Source of the DNA: a virus
DNA: 64,000 nucleotides
Virus record (IMG/VR): IMGVR_UViG_3300034280_000607
Span: 5,338-69,337 of that record
Direction: 5' to 3' (one strand)
Made by a program: the position numbers and the translations under genes. A model generated the notes under the pieces. The model saw nothing but the letters and a program-made list of their open reading frames with translations. It did not search any database and had not been told where the DNA came from. Positions within the stretch are counted from its first letter, which is position 1. Each line of letters starts with the position of its first letter. This document shows positions 58,714 through 64,000 of the stretch, in pieces.

Positions 58714-58875
58714 TTATTTCCAGATTCCACTCACATTAAGCTTTGGTGTAGTGGTTTTCCAAGTACCACTCACCTTAACAAACATAGTTGCTTGTTTCCA
58801 AGTACCAGCAACCTTAATCCATACGACTACCGGTGTAGGTGGAGCACCACTATTCTGTAATAGTGTAAGAAACAT
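58714..58875 (-). CDS. small tail accessory protein (53 aa; not in ORF track)
   Basis: MFLTLLQNSGAPPTPVVVWIKVAGTWKQATMFVKVSGTWKTTTPKLNVSGIWK*, containing three V.G.WK repeats. Confidence 0.6.
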   Translation of the reverse strand: MFLTLLQNSGAPPTPVVVWIKVAGTWKQATMFVKVSGTWKTTTPKLNVSGIWK

Positions 58876-58877
58876 GG

Positions 58878-59042
58878 TTAGTTAGTATTCTTAAGTTTAT
58901 CTATAGTTTCTTGCAATTCTAATATTTCAATATCAAGTTTATTAACAAGTTGATTGTTATCTAATTGAATATTAGAAATTCTAGATTGTTTTAAATACTC
59001 TAGTCTAATTTCACATTGTTCTATAAGTTTAAGGATTGTCAT
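58878..59042 (-). CDS. small coiled-coil protein (54 aa; not in ORF track)
   Basis: MTILKLIEQCEIRLEYLK...LQETIDKLKNTN* fills the gap in the operon. Confidence 0.55.
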   Translation of the reverse strand: MTILKLIEQCEIRLEYLKQSRISNIQLDNNQLVNKLDIEILELQETIDKLKNTN

Positions 59043-59061
59043 TTTATATATATTAAATTAA

Positions 59062-61701
59062 TTATAAAATCCAAAATACAAGTACCTTATAGCACTCCTG
59101 GAAAGATGCTCGATTAAGCCAAACATATTTCAAACCATCTTTTGTTTGAATAACTTCCATTCTGTTTCCAATAATAGCAGTTGGAGCGGCATATGGATAC
59201 ATAGAAGCTCCGTTTACCTTTCCTGTCACTACATTTAACGCCATAATTCTTTGAGTGTTATCTTTATGATAAAAGATTCTATCCTCTCCATCATAAGCTG
59301 CCATTGTTCCTGTAGTGAGGGTTTCTGTTAATGGTACAGTAAACATAAGATTAAATCTATCCGTAGTTAAATCCCATCTATCAAATCCGATAGCAGCTCC
59401 TCCTCTTATAATAAAAGCATATCTTCCTCTCATATTCAAATCACTTGTTCCAAATGCCCAGTTTATACTTGTTCCTGTTCCTTTTACACCTTGTTCAAGA
59501 ATAGTGTACCCAGTAACAGCAGTTGTTGGTGCGGTAATAGTACCACAAGTGATAGTATTTGATGTATTACTTGTAATTGCCACCTCTATAGGACCACCTG
59601 TTGTTGTAAGAATCCTTAATCTTTTACCTGCCCATATATTTACTGCCCAAGATTTAGACGTATCTTGAAGAGTAGTGGTAGAACCTGTACCGGTTGCAAC
59701 ACCAAAATCTGCTGCACCAATAGCTGATGATGTACATATACTATACCTACTAACACCGTTTAATGGTGCTGTAGCTACTGCCGCAAGTGTTAATGTGGTT
59801 GCTGTATTAGATGTAATACGGAATATCTGTGATGCAACACTACCGGTTCCTGCAGTAATAGCGCCTGTGTACATATAAACTGTAAACCCTGCCCATTGGT
59901 TGGTAGTCCAGTTTTTGCTAAAATCCGTAAGCGTAGTTGTTGATTGAGTTCCAACAATCGTTGTAGCAGCAGGAGTTCCTGCCATTGTGTAAGTGAATGT
60001 AGTTGCAGATGGTACAGTGGCAATAGCTACGTTTGTTACGTTAAAGTTAGCATCAGTAGCACCTCTTACTGTTACCAAATCTCCAACTTTAAATTGATGT
60101 GCATGAACAGTAGTTACAGTAGCTGTAGTTGTGGCATTTGCTAATGTAGAAATGGCAATAGGTTGATGTCCTGCTACAGTTGCTGCTGCATTTCTTGCTA
60201 TACCAAAATCTTGTTGTCTACCAAATGAAGTTACTAATGAATCTATATTATAGATACCAATTGCAGCAATACCTCCTAATTGAATGTACGCTTTATTCGG
60301 GTCTCCTTGTATTGCAAATACTGATGTACTATCAGGATTTGTATCCCAAGTACCTACAATAGTAAGTGCGGTGGCTGTATTACTTGCTATTGGTCTTATT
60401 TGACCTGCTCCTGTTCCTGCCAAAATTCTTACAGCATAGTTTGACCATCTATTTACGGCCCAAGATTTTGTTGAATCAGTAATAGTTGTTGCTGCACCAG
60501 ATGTAGCTGTTCCGGCATCAAAGCCAAGAATGAAATATCTACTTGTTGCATTAGGATGTGGATTAATATGAGTATTCCAAGTTAATGTAGTGGAAGTATT
60601 TGAAGCAATTTGTCTAATCTGACCTGCACCTGTACCTGAATAAATATACACCCAATATCCTGCCCATTGGTTTACTTTCCAGGCTGCTCTATCAACACCA
60701 AGAGAAGCATCAACTAATGTAGTTACTGTGCTACTTGCAGAAGATATTCCCCTGTACCAATATGTAGCATTTTCAGTAGTTCTTTCAATGCTACAATCTG
60801 TACCTACTGCTGTAAAAATGTTTTGACTGGCAGGTAAAACATACCAAGTATCTGAAATTATATCATAAGACTGCATTGTAAAAAATGGAGCTGCTGCAGC
60901 ACTTGATACTAACCCAATCAAGCCTGTTTGAATACGATAAACAGATGTCGTGTCTGGTTGAACAGTCCAAGCAGAATCTAGAGTGATCACTTGTGATTCT
61001 ATTGCGTATGTAGATTGAGAACCTGCTGTTGCTGAAATAGCAGGAGTAAATACAGCAGGATTGTTCCAGGGTTTATTCATTTGAGTAGTATCACCCAAAG
61101 TAATTATGTTTGCTGCATTAGAAAGTATTCTTCTAATTTGGCTTACACCAGCGTTACCTGTAATACGAAGTGTATAACCTTCATATTGATTTACAGCCCA
61201 AGTTTTTAAAGTGTCTGTAATGTTTAAAGCTCCAGCGGTGTTTGATACAGCTGTAACTATCCCACTATCCGCAATTACTGGCTCTGCCACACCTGTAATG
61301 GTTCTACGCTGTCCTGCTCCTGTTCCAGATAAAATAACAATATCATATCCAATTAATGATTGTTGTGTAATTGCAGCAACTTGTAATGTACTTGCTCCTG
61401 CAGAAATCACCTTACCATCAATACCTAATGCTGCATTATACTTCATTGAACTAAATGTAATGGGAGCAATAGCAGGAGGTGAAAGCTGTTGGAACATATC
61501 AGTCCAAGTATCATAACGAAAAAACTGAGTAGCTGATATTAAGTAATAAATATATCTACCGTGTTCATCTGGTAGAAAGTCAGAATTATCTGCTGAACAA
61601 GTTGAAGAAATAGCACTACTTACAGCTGGTGCAAAACGTGTCCATTCCCATACTGGCATATCTACCTGTCTTGTAAGTGTATTTGAAGTTAAAGCTGGCA
61701 T
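59062..61701 (-). CDS. repeat-rich tail/receptor-binding structural protein
   Basis: 879 aa with five D..K.W..N.(W/Y) repeats plus GTGAGQ.R.I; kelch-like RYD...D.W/F segments at both ends. Confidence 0.65.
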   Translation of the reverse strand: MPALTSNTLTRQVDMPVWEWTRFAPAVSSAISSTCSADNSDFLPDEHGRYIYYLISATQFFRYDTWTDMFQQLSPPAIAPITFSSMKYNAALGIDGKVISAGASTLQVAAITQQSLIGYDIVILSGTGAGQRRTITGVAEPVIADSGIVTAVSNTAGALNITDTLKTWAVNQYEGYTLRITGNAGVSQIRRILSNAANIITLGDTTQMNKPWNNPAVFTPAISATAGSQSTYAIESQVITLDSAWTVQPDTTSVYRIQTGLIGLVSSAAAAPFFTMQSYDIISDTWYVLPASQNIFTAVGTDCSIERTTENATYWYRGISSASSTVTTLVDASLGVDRAAWKVNQWAGYWVYIYSGTGAGQIRQIASNTSTTLTWNTHINPHPNATSRYFILGFDAGTATSGAATTITDSTKSWAVNRWSNYAVRILAGTGAGQIRPIASNTATALTIVGTWDTNPDSTSVFAIQGDPNKAYIQLGGIAAIGIYNIDSLVTSFGRQQDFGIARNAAATVAGHQPIAISTLANATTTATVTTVHAHQFKVGDLVTVRGATDANFNVTNVAIATVPSATTFTYTMAGTPAATTIVGTQSTTTLTDFSKNWTTNQWAGFTVYMYTGAITAGTGSVASQIFRITSNTATTLTLAAVATAPLNGVSRYSICTSSAIGAADFGVATGTGSTTTLQDTSKSWAVNIWAGKRLRILTTTGGPIEVAITSNTSNTITCGTITAPTTAVTGYTILEQGVKGTGTSINWAFGTSDLNMRGRYAFIIRGGAAIGFDRWDLTTDRFNLMFTVPLTETLTTGTMAAYDGEDRIFYHKDNTQRIMALNVVTGKVNGASMYPYAAPTAIIGNRMEVIQTKDGLKYVWLNRASFQECYKVLVFWIL

Positions 61702-61719
61702 AAAATATAATTTAAATTA

Positions 61720-62157
61720 TTATTGTATTTTTAAGTTTGCACGAATAGCTTGTGCATATGTTTGTCTGGATATATTTATATACATCTCTCTGTCCATACC
61801 TGCAAGTGCAGTTTGAGCAGCTACGTTGGTCACAGATGAGACAGTTGAAACGGTGGTAACAGTTGATACAGTTCCTAAAGTTAAACCTGTTGTAATATCA
61901 TCAATTCTTATTCTCTGTCTTTGAGCAGAGTCTACAACTTGAAGAGTTTCTGAAATTTTTACTAATCTTTCTAATAAACTAAGTAAATCTTCTACTCTCA
62001 CTGCTTTAGCAGGTAGAGGGTTACTAGCACTAACATCACCATCAGAAACACCATCTGCACCAAGAACCATTTTTATTCTTTGATGCTGTATTCCACCAAT
62101 ATCATCAGATGCTATGTTTGCACCCGAACCTGGCGTATATCCTAAATTATCTGGCAT
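61720..62157 (-). CDS. tail accessory hypothetical protein
   Basis: 145 aa with VSASNPLP and a TVSTVTTVSTVSSV low-complexity run. Confidence 0.6.
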   Translation of the reverse strand: MPDNLGYTPGSGANIASDDIGGIQHQRIKMVLGADGVSDGDVSASNPLPAKAVRVEDLLSLLERLVKISETLQVVDSAQRQRIRIDDITTGLTLGTVSTVTTVSTVSSVTNVAAQTALAGMDREMYINISRQTYAQAIRANLKIQ

Positions 62158-62175
62158 ATGTTTTAATTTTAAGTG

Positions 62176-62451
62176 TTATATAATAGTTACTCCAAGTGTT
62201 TGGGCAGCCCAACTCCATGCTTGTGGGTTTGTTTCCCAAGAATCATAAGCTGCACCTAACATTGTGATGTTTCCATCAGTTAGTATATTTCCAGATATTT
62301 CTTTACCATCTTTGTCTAATGTAGCTTCATGCAAAGAGTAATAAAATATTGCTGAATCTTGTAAATTATCTGTTCCACATCTAAGAAACATATACTTTGC
62401 TGATTTTATTTGTCCGTTTACCCAAATGTTAAATGGTTGTATCTTTTTCAT
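62176..62451 (-). CDS. small tail-fibre-associated protein
   Basis: 91 aa ending AWSWAAQTLGVTII; lies directly downstream of a fibre gene. Confidence 0.6.
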   Translation of the reverse strand: MKKIQPFNIWVNGQIKSAKYMFLRCGTDNLQDSAIFYYSLHEATLDKDGKEISGNILTDGNITMLGAAYDSWETNPQAWSWAAQTLGVTII

Positions 62452-62461
62452 TCTTTATAGC

Positions 62462-64000
62462 TTAAACATATTGTAAATAAATATCTCCGTCATTACCTCC
62501 ACTTGGTGCTGCTGTTCCACTTGTTATCTGTTTAACACCACCATCTGCATAAAGAACCTGTGAACTTGTTCCACCCGACCTTACAAAAGAGCCACCCGTA
62601 ACAGTTCCACGAAGTAATGTTTGAGTTATAGAACTGTTTCCTAATGTTACTGTATTGCTTCCTTGTCCTACTGCATTGTGACCGAATACCATTTCGTTTG
62701 TGTTGCCGTTAGCAGACGAGCGAGTATCTTCACCAATATAAATAGATGTGTTTGATGTTTGGTTAGCACCCCCTCCGCTTATCCTTCTTCCTGCGTCTAA
62801 TCCTAAAGCAATGTTGGATGAACCGGATGTATTTTCATATAATACCTGACTACCTATACCTACGTTTTTATTTCCTGTTGTAAATTGTAAAGCAAATGCA
62901 CCAATTCCAAAATTATCAGTTCCTGAAACAACAGAGTTTAAGGCATTAGTTCCAATCCCGACATTTCTTTGCCCTGTGGTTTGATATTCTAATGCTGAAA
63001 AACCTAAAGCAACATTACTAAATCCGGATGTGTTTCTTTGTAATGCTCTACCTCCAATTCCAGTATTGTAATAACCCGATGTATTAGAAATCATTGCATC
63101 CACACCAATTCCAACATTGTTATCACCCGAAACGGTTGCGGGTGCAGTATTATTTATCCATAAGTTATTACCTGTACCAGAATTGTAAAACGTAGATATA
63201 TTTAAAGTTTGCCCTGATGTATTAACCTTCAAAGTAGATGCTATTGCAGAGCCGTTTACTTGTAGTTTATCTACTCCGTTATCGGTAGTGGTGCTTATAA
63301 GTACTGCTCCCGAAGAAGCTACCCTCATTCTTTCTGTTGATGTAGTCCAAAACTGAACGTTATCATTACCACCATCAACGTAAAAACGTGCTATATTTTG
63401 TGTGCTTCCTGAACTTGCAAAAAACTCCCAAGCTCCAGGTACATTGGTTGATGTTGCACCATTTTGCCTATAATTAAAGTCTCCTCCATAAACAAATGCA
63501 GAGTTACTTGACCCGTATGCGGAAAAACTCAAAATTGCATCAGTATTTGTAGTTGCAACAAAACTACCTGGGGTATTTGACCTTGTAACAAGAGTATTCC
63601 AATATACTCCTGCTACTCCACTGGAATAACTAAAATGTCTGTGAATGTATTGCGAACCTGCTTTATGAAATTCCATAGCACTATTAGCACCCACAAAAGA
63701 AGTAGTAGGCATATTAAAGCCTATTTGATTTGAACTATTAACAAGCATGGTATTAACACTACCTGCTACATCATTAATTCTAAATAATCTACTCCCCCCG
63801 TTATAATCATTTCCTACTCTCCATTGAGTTGTGCCTGCATTTTGAAAATCTATATAAGCATTACTTGTAGCTAATCCATTTAATTGTTGTACTACTCCAT
63901 TACTACTTGCTACTGTTAGTATACTATTTGTGTTATTCCATGTAAAGTTTGCACTTCCTGCAAAAGCCCCCGAATTGTTGTACTGAACTTGTGTATTTGA
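62462..64000 (-). CDS. tail fibre with YadA/Hep-Hag-like N(V/T)(G/A)IG..AL repeats, 5'-truncated by window edge
   Basis: The frame is open to base 64000 (SNTQVQYNNSGAFAGSANFTW...). It has 14-residue NxGIG repeats and the C-terminus SGTAAPSGGNDGDIYLQY. Confidence 0.8.
   Translation of the reverse strand, partial: SNTQVQYNNSGAFAGSANFTWNNTNSILTVASSNGVVQQLNGLATSNAYIDFQNAGTTQWRVGNDYNGGSRLFRINDVAGSVNTMLVNSSNQIGFNMPTTSFVGANSAMEFHKAGSQYIHRHFSYSSGVAGVYWNTLVTRSNTPGSFVATTNTDAILSFSAYGSSNSAFVYGGDFNYRQNGATSTNVPGAWEFFASSGSTQNIARFYVDGGNDNVQFWTTSTERMRVASSGAVLISTTTDNGVDKLQVNGSAIASTLKVNTSGQTLNISTFYNSGTGNNLWINNTAPATVSGDNNVGIGVDAMISNTSGYYNTGIGGRALQRNTSGFSNVALGFSALEYQTTGQRNVGIGTNALNSVVSGTDNFGIGAFALQFTTGNKNVGIGSQVLYENTSGSSNIALGLDAGRRISGGGANQTSNTSIYIGEDTRSSANGNTNEMVFGHNAVGQGSNTVTLGNSSITQTLLRGTVTGGSFVRSGGTSSQVLYADGGVKQITSGTAAPSGGNDGDIYLQYV

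Noticed and set aside
10578-61516. Numerous short (+) strand ORFs opposite the large (-) strand genes, such as 14672..15235, 16012..16419, 47040..47372 and 56752..57129
   Set aside because: They are antisense shadows of well-supported genes, with no motifs and atypical composition.
1-64000. Stop-codon reassignment (TAG or TGA recoding), known in some Crassvirales
   Set aside because: ORFs are long and tightly packed under code 11, and TAG (3274, 9456) and TGA (7770, 8181) both act as stops at gene junctions.
53468-64000. Diversity-generating retroelement or invertible shufflon at the tail fibres
   Set aside because: No reverse transcriptase, invertase, template/variable repeat pair or inverted recombination sites were seen in this window.
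1-64000. tRNA or rRNA genes
   Set aside because: Intergenic gaps are short, and none shows a cloverleaf or T-loop signature that I can support.

Overview
This window is a 64 kb piece of an AT-rich, lytic crAss-like (Crassvirales-type) podovirus genome, most likely infecting a Bacteroidota host. The host call rests on TAnnTTTG -7 promoter boxes and A/T-rich start contexts without Shine-Dalgarno motifs. The standard genetic code fits. Positions 1-9456 (+) carry a replication and nucleotide module: primase, HNH nuclease, PD-(D/E)XK nuclease, family B DNA polymerase, DUF932-like protein, dNMP kinase and dCTP deaminase. It converges at a bidirectional terminator with a long (-) strand virion module: tail fibres (one with an S74 chaperone), Cys-rich and FN3 structural proteins, a metallophosphoesterase, an IHF-like protein, ring proteins, a muzzle/stabilisation protein and several large internal cargo proteins. 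One cargo protein is a 3934-aa virion RNA polymerase fused to ART-like, SLOG-like, macro-like, NADAR-like, SF1B helicase and zincin domains. The most striking observations are: (1) the three largest ejected proteins (about 7,070 aa in total) contain, by my reading, only four cysteines, all at the adjoining termini, which suggests a head-to-tail disulfide-linked ejection chain; (2) two cargo proteins are built from mini-domains separated by repeated [M/Y/W/A]xxGG linkers, like a polyprotein; (3) the RNAP carries both a putative ADP-ribose writer and erasers; (4) a conserved ~50 bp putative late-promoter element recurs. All family calls come from motif recognition by eye, not from database searches.
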